A stretch of 64,000 nt of DNA from Ranitomeya imitator (lineage: Eukaryota): contig NC_091291.1 in the NCBI RefSeq assembly GCF_032444005.1, positions 18,476,001 through 18,540,000 on the forward strand, written 5' to 3'. This document shows positions 25,950 through 36,938 of the stretch, one piece after another. Within the stretch, counting starts at the first letter, position 1. The number at the start of each line of letters is the position of its first letter. The notes under the pieces are model-generated. The model did no database searches, was not told the DNA's origin, and saw nothing but the letters and a program-made list of their open reading frames with translations. The position numbers and the translations under genes were made by a program.

Positions 25950-26238
25950 TCAGATGCATATACATAAAAAAAGTCCAAACAGAAAAAAGAGACCCTTAAA
26001 ATATATGGCAGCGTCAGTTCTACTGGATGGAGGAAACGGCCAATTTCTCAGCCCCTTAGAAGAGACTGCCGTAGAAATATCAGTAGTAGTAGTTGTTGTA
26101 GGAGATGATGTTGCATTCACACAGCTTATCACTTCTATATCTGATTTGTTCATGGAACAGACATAGTCGTTTGCACAACCAAGCACAAACTTAAAATCTC
26201 CTGGGGAAAAAAAATTAAAAAATAAAATATATTGCTAT

Positions 26239-26276
<38 letters not shown>

Positions 26277-29200
26277 GGTACATACTGTAATTATAGAGAT
26301 TATTATTAATTTTAATAAAGGAAAATGACAGAGAGGATTGTAAAGGGTATAAATGTTGCAGTCTCCCCTTCAGGTAAAGGAACTGTAGAGATGGTGACGC
26401 AGAAAATGCAGACATATATATATATATTGATAATGAGTAAATTTGCCGAAACTCGAATTTAGCAAATCACTCGAATCAGGTCAAGATCATGTAAAAAAAT
26501 AATGCTATTAACCAGAAGATATGCCGTTAATCTGCAGGTTAATAGTGATCTTTAGCTACCCGGTGTATGCCCTGAGTGCCCCGCTGCCGGTAGGAAATAA
26601 CCTTTATTCTTTCCGGCAGCCTTGGGCTTTCAGTCATAGGGGAGGGCCAGTGTGGCTTCAGTCACTGCTCAGTGGATAGTGAGCAGCGGCTGTAACTGCA
26701 TCCTGGCATTTACTGATATCCGGCTCAGCATTAGAGATGGCTGTCAGTCAGTGCTGGGAGTGCAGTTACAGCCGCAACTCACTATGTACTGAGCAGTGAA
26801 TGAAGTCATGCTGATCTTCCATATGACTGAAAGCTAGAGGCCGCCAGGAGGAATAATGTTTATTTCCTCCTGGCAGTGGGGCTCTCAGTGCAGGTGCCAG
26901 ATAGCTTTAGAACACTATTAACCTCCAGATTAACGCCATATCTGCAGGTTAATAGCGTGTTTTTTACATGACAAGTTCCCTGAGTAAGTCTCTGAGGTCA
27001 TGACACATCATGACATGCAATAATTTAGGCCCTGACTAGTCCTCAGTCAATGCATTTCAAGTAATTGTGAAGTTAGAGGCCAACTCAGCGCAGAGTTAAA
27101 ATGCTGGAATAACTGAAGAGTCAGGAGGAACCGGTGTGGAGGAACAGACGTCGGCTACCGCAGTGGGACAGGGTAATGGTGAGGGTTTTTTTCTTCATTC
27201 ATTTCTTATGAAATCACAAAATTATTCAGCTCCAGGGTAATCTGAATACATTTATAAACTTCCAGGTAAATTCAATTTGCTAATTAAAATGAAATAACCA
27301 AACATTCACAACCTAATAAAATAACTTCAGGAGGTGTAACCAAGCTGCAGGTTAACACTCACAAGACACGTCCTAGATGAAGTCAAGTAGGCGAAACTTG
27401 AGTTGTGCAATCTTATAAATCTGAGTATTGAACACTTTTTTTAACTGCATTTGTTCATTGGAATCTTGTGAGTACAATATTTGTTTTGGGGCGCTATGTC
27501 TTATTATTAGCAGTGTTTCACTATTGAAGTCTAGTTTGGTTTTCCTTATACTACTAGACCAGTGGGAAGTGAGATCCAGCTTCCGCTGAAGGTCAGATAT
27601 GTGTGTGCACTATTCAGAGCGTTATTGTGGGAAACCACAGACATCATTATCACCGTACAAGCTCCTGATGCCTCTGGCTACATTAATTTAATCTGCGCGG
27701 TGTACACGCATGGCATGTTTTCAAAAATACTCAGCATCAAAAATTCACCAAAAACTTATTGTGGGAACGCAGGATAATTTGCAAATATTGCTCAAACTTG
27801 TGGTCCGCTTTAAATTAGTTTCAAACAATCTATTAACATAACATTTTTTCTTCTTCAACTGGTAATTGAACATTCACGTGAGAACCTGAGAATCCAAGCA
27901 TTTAACAGATATCATACACAACTTTTCTATTTCATCGACTTCCAGAACTCTGGTAATTACCTCTGATTTGTGTTACATTGAAGCATTTATTCTGATTTCC
28001 CAGACATTGCAGAACTTGTGGTGTATTGTCTATTCCAGAAACTAATGAAGGACACTGGAATCCATTTCTGGTGACTGCAAACAGACGGATACGCATAATT
28101 AAGTTACGGGAAATAAGCAAGAAATGAGCCCTAGTCACTATAATTACCACTCCATTGGCTTTCTATTGAACTCCTGTTGGTGAGAACTTAGAATAATAAA
28201 CAGCAGCCTTTGTTCTGGCTACAGCAGAACAAAGTGAAGGTTCTGGAGTGGCCATCTCAGTCTCCTGACCACAATATCATTGAGCCACTCTGGGGAGATC
28301 TCAAGCGCGCAGTTCATGCTAGACAGCCCAGGAATTTACAGGAACTGGAGGCTATTTGCAAAGAAGAGTGGGCAGCTTTAGCATCTGAGAAAATAAAGAA
28401 CCTCATCCACAACTACCACAAAAGACTTCAATCTGTCATTGATGTTAGACGGGGCAATACACGGGATTAAAAAATGGGGTATGTGAACTTTTGATCAGGG
28501 TGATTTGGATATTTTGAGTTGTCATTATGATTTAAAAAGAGAAAACAGTAGTTTGACAATAAATGGCTTCACCCAACCACTAACCATGAGTGGAGAAAAA
28601 GTTTTGGTGTTATCATTAATATTCTCTGAAAAAAGGTCAAGAAAGCAAAAATTCTGGTGGGGTATGTAAACATTTGAGCACAACTATAAACAAATGAATG
28701 CTTGGGTGCCTGGTCAACAACTGCCGACTTGCTCGGATTGTTACCAGTGCTGATTACTGGGTGGGCAGTAACAACACAAAAACAGAGTTGGCTACCTCCT
28801 CCTCCTCCACCTTTTCCATTTACAACGCCACGTCCACCTCAACTTGGACCTCCAGTTCCTGGTTCAAGATGATCCTTCCTTTTGCAGCCCCCTAACCCTT
28901 ACTATGATCATTTTATAACCATCTTACAGCACCAAAGTTTGGGTTCCCATTGACTTTTATGAGGTTCCGGTTCAGGTACCGATAGAGTTCTGGTACCCGA
29001 ACCAAACTTTGAACTATAGTTTGGTGGAACCCGATGAACTGAACCATCCATGGGTCTGCTCATCCATAGTGTGAATTATATGAGTATGGCTACATTCCCA
29101 CGATGAGCTGCGTGTTTTTGGCAGGTCGAAAAACGCATTGTTTTACAGCTTCAGCAAAGTGGATGGGATTTACAGAAATCTCATGCCCACTGTGCTTCTT

Positions 29201-32200
29201 TTTTTACTGAGTGTTAACTGACCAATCCTCAACATGCCAATTTCTCTTTTTTGTGAGAATATTCTCCATAGACTCGCATTAGATGCAGAAAAATCGCAAA
29301 TAAAAAAATGCACATGGTGGAAATGCAACAAAATCACATGCAATCCGCACCTCAGTATATCAATAAAGTTTTGTCACAGCCAAATACCGGGAAGTATCAA
29401 AAACAACCTAAAACAAAGCAGCTTTATTTAAAGCATGACACACCAAAAATAGTCAAAAAAGTCATAAAAACACATGTAAAAAACACACGCACAAAAACGC
29501 AATGAAAAAACACAATTAACCAAATTTACATAATAGGTGCAAAAATTCTACAGTGGCAATAGTCTATGTGCACAGAAGTTCTTATTGAGCTTCCGCGGTG
29601 TTAAAACATATAAAAAAATGTATATGTGGTTTTTATCAGTGGATTTTTTCAAATCTCATTCAAGTCTAAAAAAGAAAGTCCAGAAATAAAATGCATATTT
29701 ACAGCAAAAAAACAAAAAACATCCCAGGAACCTAGATGAGAACCGGACTCACGACCCCCATTTGTCATCTTCTTAACTACTACTGTACTAATGTTATTGG
29801 AGGCTGTAGGACACAGAAACCGACCATTCTAGGAGATGTGACTATAAATAAAAAATAAAATCAATATACTTACAGGCAGAATCTGGTACGATACAATCAC
29901 CGTCACTGCAGCAGGTAGACGATAAATCGAATTCATCAGATCCGTTCAAATAAGAGTAGGAGGTGTTACAAAACTGGAGGCTTTGACACCCTCTTTCAAT
30001 GCTGGCGGTATTGCTGCCTAAAAATAAAAAAAACAAGTCAAAACTAAATTGATAGTGATAATACAATAAAAAATAATAATAATAATAAAAAAATGTCAAA
30101 TAGTCAACAACCGTCGAGGCAGTGAGGATTTACCAATTTTTAAATTAGTTAACAATTCAATGCAAAGTATAAAAAAATGAAACTTGACCTCATGGGCATT
30201 AGGAAGCTCAAGTGCAGAGCCATAGAGCTACCTTTACCATAAATATTCTTTTCTTTAATTTTATTTTTCAGTTCCCAGAGAACTCCTTTAATCAGCTTTA
30301 AGAAATATATTAATTACTTGGTGGTATTATTGCTATATCTGCAGGAAGAAGAAAAGTCCGAGGTTCTCTTGGAATTTTTTTTAGATGCGTTAGATTGTGA
30401 TTTTTTTTCCGAAAGTCCAGAGTTTACTGTTAAGGACGTAAGTCTAGAAAAAAGACTGTTTTTGCATAAGAGACAAAATTAGATAATGTAAGCGTTGCTC
30501 CTCTCTGCCCTGCTCCACTGCAGCATACTGCAGCTCTTGGATTTTCTGTTCTTGCTAACGCTCATCCAGGCTTTTTGGCTTCCTCATCCAGTCAATGTCA
30601 AAGAAACGCTCTGACGAAGGTCCGGTGTGGACCGAAAACGTTTAGCACTTTTGTTTGTCTGGATGCATCAATAAACTAAGAAGCTTTTCTTCTCAAATTG
30701 AGTGCCAAGTTTTATTCATCTGTAGATAATGTAAGTGTCATGATCCAGTTCTAAAGTTGTGTTCAGCTGTCTTATCTCTGGACTGGTCATGTGGGAGTTA
30801 ATCCCCTCTGCCTCACTTTGAAGCTGGCTGAGCTATTTAAGTCCTCTGCAGCCTGTGGGCCAGTGTCAGCTATAGTTCATGCTGCACGGTTTGAACACCT
30901 GACCTGGATACTTGTACTAGTGTTCCTTTTGCCTCTGACTGCCTGCACCCGTTTATGACTTGTTCTGACCTCTGGCTTGTAACCTGATTCCGTCTTACGT
31001 CTCTCGTTTTGGTTACCACGTTCCTGGTAGGCTCTGACTTCTTGCTTGTCCCCGACTATTCTTCTGACTCCCCCTGTGTACTGCGCTGATCTCTCTGTGT
31101 ATGACCTTGGCTTGTCTGACTTCTCTTTCATTACCTGTGACACCTGTGTTGTTGTTCAGTGTTGCTGCGCTGTGTGTACAACCTCTTTTCCTTAACCAGC
31201 GCCCCCTGGTGGAGGTTGCTCTATACTGCACTGCAGCAGCACATTACAGTAAGGCTTTAGGATTCAACAGTATCAGATACAAGAAGAGATTCAACAAAAG
31301 AAAACAAAGCTAAACCACCTGTACGTCTCTTACACAAAACAAGCCCAGCCCCCGAACATAATAAATGTATAATAAAAAAAAATAATAATAATACTCACCT
31401 CACCGTTGACCTCACATGGCAACACCAGAACTGGAAGTCTTTTTTAAAATTATTTTTATACAATCACATTCACAGAACATTAACTTTGCTGAAATAACAC
31501 GAGACAAAGTAGAAGGCAAAATCATATAATATTGCGTTAGTAGCTAATTTTTTCCAATTAACCTACCAGAAGTCTTAACAATTATCAGGTAGCACAATTC
31601 ATCGTTTGCACAAGTAACTTGTGAACCGGTACAAGTAAGACTAGTTGTATTAAAACAGCTGGTGCAATTGAGACAATGACCTGTGGGAGGCAGAAAATTA
31701 TTTATTATATTATAAAATAATAAAATCAAATCAATTAAAATGATTGCAATCATAAAGAGCGGACAGTGTGTGCGACATAATGCTGTGGTTACAATCCTTT
31801 TAGGCAAAAAATTGCAGAATGTAGAATACACAGTACTTACATTTATTAAACCAATAAAATCAGTAGTAAACTGGTGCACCAAACAATGCAATACATAGGC
31901 AAAAGTAAGAAATAACTCACCAGGGTCTTGCTTCAATGCCATACGCTAAGTAATAACTGTATAGACTTTGACACAGGGCTTCAGGGGTTTTCATAGGGTG
32001 AGTTTATAAACATCCTTTTTAGAGATCTGATCCTAACCATCACTTTTGCGACACCTCGCCTAATCATCATTTTTAGGACATTTGACAATGACTGAACGTC
32101 CTTCTGTGGGCGCCATCTCCAACCATCCTTATTAGGATGCAACTTTATAACTCCCACCGATTGGGGAGGAATTCAGTTGACCTATGATTCTACCTGTGAC

Positions 32201-33217
32201 ATAAGGTTAATATATTCAATTTGGTAGAGTACGAGAAAGTGTGCAGAGGCGCGGGAGTGTGATGAGGGGCTACAGTATAGAGACTGAGAAGTATAAGGGG
32301 GACACAGTGTGAAGGGGCCAAGTACAGAAAGGAGGAAGCATGACAGGGATACCTAAGATAGAGATAGTTTTGTTGTTATAGCTAATAAGGGCAGATAGTG
32401 ACGATTATAAACCATAAGGCGATAAGTTAGCATCTGTACGGTTGCTTTTCTAGTGATGTATTTCTGAATTGATGGTTGTTCTGGTGATGTATTCATGTAC
32501 TGATGATGGTTCTGGTGATGTATTTATGTACTGTTATTGGCTCTGTTCCTGTACACATGTATCAATTAATAACTCATCAGAAAACATGATATATGGCTAT
32601 GTATGGATAGATGGCATCTGTACGGTTGCTTTTCTAGTGATGTATTTCTGAATTGATGGTTGTTCTGGTGATGTGTTCATGTTCTGATGGTAGTTCTGGT
32701 GATACATTTATGTACTGTTGGTGGTTCTGGTCCTGTATTTATGTACTGTTATTGGCTCTGTTCCTGTACATATTTATCAATTAATAACTCATCAGATAAC
32801 ATGATATATGGCTATGCTATTAAAGTATTTTGCCATCTGATAAGTTAAAGATTGTTACATCTGCATTTATGTTGGGAGCAATAATTCTAAAATTCCACCG
32901 CCATGAAAGAGTAAAATGATGAATTAATTATATCTGCAGTGCTCTGCATTACCTGACACCTTTCTATCATAGCCAGCAGTCGCTTTCCTATAATTTGTGC
33001 TACAGTCACTCTTCTGTGGGATCAGGTGAGATAGACTAATTTTTCACTGCTCATTCACTGGTGTGACCCAATTGACTAGATCTTTTTATAATGTATAGTA
33101 GTCATTTAAAATATTTATGACTGATATAATAAATAAATAAGTGACTAAATAAGCCTAAAACTTACCATAGTGAATCAGGGCCAATAATAGACAGCAAAGT
33201 AAAGGAAGATTCTTCAT
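25950..33217 (-). CDS. Gene B: paralog of gene A, two-domain Ly6/uPAR protein with short Thr stalk and GPI-type tail (224 aa)
   Basis: complement(join(33166-33217, 31567-31680, 29874-30017, 27961-28074, 25950-26200)). Exon sizes 52/114/144/114 match gene A, all introns are GT-AG phase 1, and 675 nt are in frame. Protein: [26 protein letters not shown]...RGCQSLQFC...TCCSDGDC...NGFQCP...LGCANDYVC...ISC...[13 protein letters not shown]. Confidence 0.9.
28205..28686 (+). mobile_element. Tc1 3' fragment inserted in gene B intron 3
   Basis: [25 protein letters not shown]...EEW (ORF 28210-28470), then a TIR ending ...TTTGAGCACAACTA-TA. Confidence 0.85.
30601..30680 (+). other. Penelope-like 3' end with a degenerate hammerhead-ribozyme-like core
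   Basis: GCT-CTGACGA-A-GGTCC(GGTGT)GGACC-GAAA-ACGTTT-AGC followed by AATAAA at 30670-30675. Confidence 0.5.
30736..31248. mobile_element. Solo LTR-like element (513 bp) in gene B intron 2
   Basis: TGTCATGA...ATTACA termini, with a 5-bp TSD GTAAG at 30731-30735 and 31249-31253. Confidence 0.8.
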
Positions 33218-33277
33218 CTTTGCAGCTAAAACAGCACAGTGCTGGGTCCTTCTTGCTGATGGGAAACCTGGCATGTC

Positions 33278-33284
33278 TTTTATA
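33278..33284 (-). promoter_or_regulatory. TATA box of gene B
   Basis: TATAAAA on the minus strand, 60 nt upstream of the ATG at 33217, in a context conserved with gene A (GCATGTCTTTTATACTGTAGACT on +). Confidence 0.75.
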
Positions 33285-33512
33285 CTGTAGACTAGATATT
33301 AATGGTGACTTTATTAGATAGTGTTCATAATATAAAATTACATTTGTAATTACATTATGCAAGAGTTCATTGTCAGATAGACCTTAAGGGTAATTCCATT
33401 TTCATGATTGCAATCATAAATTCCAAAAGTGGAAAGGCTGGTTGCACCCATGAGGTCAAATATAGAGGTGAGATATATAAATATATATATATAAATTCCT
33501 AGAAGTTATCAA

Positions 33513-33557
<45 letters not shown>

Positions 33558-33851
33558 TTGATAACTTCTAGGAATTTTTCATACTTAGTGTTACATGTTT
33601 TCTTTTCAATCCAGTATTTCCCATAAGATCATTTCATACATGACTCTTTTTAACATCATGTTTTCTTTCTTGCTGAAGCTGAATATTTTAAAAACAAAAT
33701 TTCTTGTAACGCCACCGTCTATTAATCTACATCTACAGGAAACATGATATTTTTAATTCAGCAGCAGTACCATAAGAAGAAAAATGAAGTGCCTCACATG
33801 TTACTTGAAACAAGGATCACCAAGTTACAACTTGCCTTTTTTTGACTCTAC

Positions 33852-34067
33852 AGACGAAGAGCGCAATCACTCGAGAAGGACATCATGGTCGGAAGAATAG
33901 AAGGAACAAGGCGAAGAGGAAGACCACTAACCCGATGGCTTGATGCTATCAAGATAACAGCAGAGAAGACCCTGGTGGACCTATCTTGGCTTGCTCAAGA
34001 TCGTTCTTCCTAAAGAGCATTCATCTATCAAGTCGCCATGGCTCGAGATCAAGCCAAAGGAAGCTAA
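33852..34067 (+). mobile_element. RTE-clade (BovB-like) LINE 3' fragment
   Basis: Translates RRRAQSLEKDIMVGRIEGTRRRGRPLTRWLDAIK...QDRSS*RAFIYQVAMARDQ, matching the RTE/BovB ORF C-terminal pattern LEK..M.G.IEG.RRRGR...RWLD. Confidence 0.75.
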
Positions 34068-35245
34068 CATAGAAAAACATGGTGAAATACCTTGCACTGC
34101 CTTGGTTGCATTATGCCACACAATCTTATGTCTCATCCGTCATCTTTGTCTACCGTCCTATCCTTGGCCTTCACAGTACTGCACTGCTCTATCTCTTTTC
34201 CATTATCTCTATCTCCCACCATACCAGTCTCCTCCAAAGCTGCACCACCCTAAATGACCACATCATCTATTTCCACCACGGAATTAATCTTTTCCACAGT
34301 GCTACACTGCCATACATCTCCTCTCTCATCTCTGCCTACCACCATACAAGTCCTCTCCACAGTGCTGTATTGCCCTACATGTCATTCTAAGTAGAGATGG
34401 CCAAACTTGAACTGTAAAGTTCGGCGTCCGTGCCAAACACCTGTCAAGCATGGACATCGAACACGTACTTCACCAGGAAGTCCGTGTTACTATTCGAGTT
34501 CAGCCCCCCGAACACCAAGTGTTTGTCGTGATGTCAGGTGCATGACAGCGCTACAAACACTGCTTCTAATCAACAGTAAAATCATTACCACCGGTCAGAC
34601 AGCTGTGGTTCCCATGCTGTCAAATGACAGCATGAGCTGTGATCGGAGTTAAAAAGTTCACCTCCAGTCACTAGCGTTGGCTGATGGGACTACTGCTCCC
34701 ATTAGTCTACACCTGCTACCGCTAATAACAGCAAGAGAAGGAACGGCTGATGGGAGTATTCATCAGCTGGCACCTGTGCTCTAAATAAATAATTTTAAAA
34801 AACTACATGGGTTTCCCTGTATTTTTGACAATCAGCCAGCAAAACAACCATATCCCTCACCTGTCCGCCATTTTGTCCCATACCATTATCCATGTCTGGA
34901 GATAAACAGTTTGGGGACCCCTCTTTTCTTGATAACCAGCCTTGCTGAAGCTGACAGCTGAGCATTGCAGCCACCAGCTGTCAATTTTGCTGGCTAGTTA
35001 CCAAAAATATAGGGGAACCCACACCGTTTTTAAAGAAAAATATTTATTTATAGCGTTGGAGCCGGCTGATGAATACTCCCATCAGCTGCTCCTGCTCTCA
35101 CTCTTATTAGCGGCAGCAGGCATAGGCTGATGGGAGGAGTATGGGAGGATGGGAGAAGTCACCATTTGAATTTTTTTCTATTGAGTTTTTTTATTCTGTT
35201 CAATTTACATATGTCATAATTGAAATGGTTACTGATCATTACATA

Positions 35246-36938
35246 CAACCCCTAGCAAAAATTATGGAATCACCGTCCTTGGAGGATGTTCATTCAGTTG
35301 TTTAATTTTGTAGAAAAAAAGGAGATCATAGACATGGCACAAAACTAAAGTCATTTCAAATGGCAACTTTCTGGCTTTAAGAAACACTAAAAGAAATCAA
35401 GAACAAAAAATGTGGTAGTCAGTATTGGTTACTTTTTTAATTAAGCATAAGGGAAAAATTATGGAATCACTCAATTATGAGGAAAGAATTATGGAATCAT
35501 GAAAAACAAACAAAGAAAAAACACTCCAACACATCACTATTCACTAGTATTTTGTTGCACCACCTCTGGCTTTTATAACAGCTTGCAGTATCTGGGGCAT
35601 GGACTTAATGAGGGTCACACAGGACTCTTCATCAATCTGGCTCAAACTTTCTCTGATTGCTGTTGCCAGATCAGCTTTGCAGGTTGGATTCTTGTCATGG
35701 ACCATTTTCTTCAACTTCCATCAAAGGTTTTCAATTGGATTGAGATCCGGACTATTTGCAGCCATGACATTGACCTTATGTGTCTTTTTTCAAGGAATGT
35801 TTTCACAATTTCTGCTCTATGGCAGGATGCATTATCATCTTGAAAAAATGATTTCATCATCCCCAAACATCCTTTCAATTGATCGGATAAGAAAAGTGTC
35901 CAAAATATCAACATAAACTTGTGCATTTATTGAAGATGTAATGACAGCCATCTCCCCAGCGCCTTTACCTGACATGCAGCCCCATGTCATCAATGACTGT
36001 GGAAATCTGCATGTTCTCTTCAGGCAGTCATCTTTATAAATTTCATTGGAAGGTATCAAACAAAAGTTCCAGCATCATCACCTTGTCCAATGCAGATTCG
36101 CGATCCATCACTGAATATGACTTTCATCCAGTCATCCACAGTCCATGATTGCTTTTCCTTAACCCATTGTAACCTTGTTTTTTCCTGTTTAGGTGTTAAT
36201 GATGGCTTTCATTTAGCTTTTCTAAATGTAAATCCCATTTCCTTTAGGCGGTTTCTTACAGTTCGGTCACAGACGTTGACTCGAGTTTCCTCCCATTTGT
36301 TCCTCATTTGTTTTGTTGTACATTTCAGGTTTTGGAGACATATTGCTTTAAGATTCTGGCCTTGACGCTTTCATGTCTTCCTTGGTCTACCAGTATGTTT
36401 GCCTTTAACAACCTTCCCATGTTGTTTGTATTTGGTCTAGATTTTAGACACCGCTGACTGTGAACAACCAACATCTTTTGCAACATTGCGCGATGATTTA
36501 CCCTCTTTTAAGAGTTTGATAATCCTCTTTGTTTCAATTGACATCTCTCGTGTTGGAGCCATGATTCATGGCAGTCTACTTGGTGTAACAGCTCTCCAAG
36601 GTGTGATCACTTCTTTTAGATGCAGACTAACGAGCAGATCTAATTTGATGCAGGTGTTAGTTTTGGGTATGAAAATTTACAGGGTGATTCCATAATTTGT
36701 TCCTTAAAATTGAGTGATTCCATATTTTTTTCCTATGCTTGGTTAAAAAAGTAACCATTACTGACTACTGCATTTTTTGTTCTTGATTTCTTTTAGTGTT
36801 TCTTAAAGCCAGAAAGTTGTCATTTGAAATTACTTTAGTTTTGTGCCATGTCTGTGATCTGCTTTTTTTTCTACAAAATTAAACAACTGAATGAACATCC
36901 TCCAAGGCTGGTGATGCCATAATTTTTGCCAGGGGTTG
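35246..36938 (-). mobile_element. Full-length Tc1 transposon with a disrupted transposase
   Basis: TA-CAACCCCTAGCAAAAATTATGG...CCATAATTTTTGCCAGGGGTTG-TA. Fragments include SLMTWGCMSGKGAG and FFQDDNASCHRA, with frameshifts. Confidence 0.92.
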
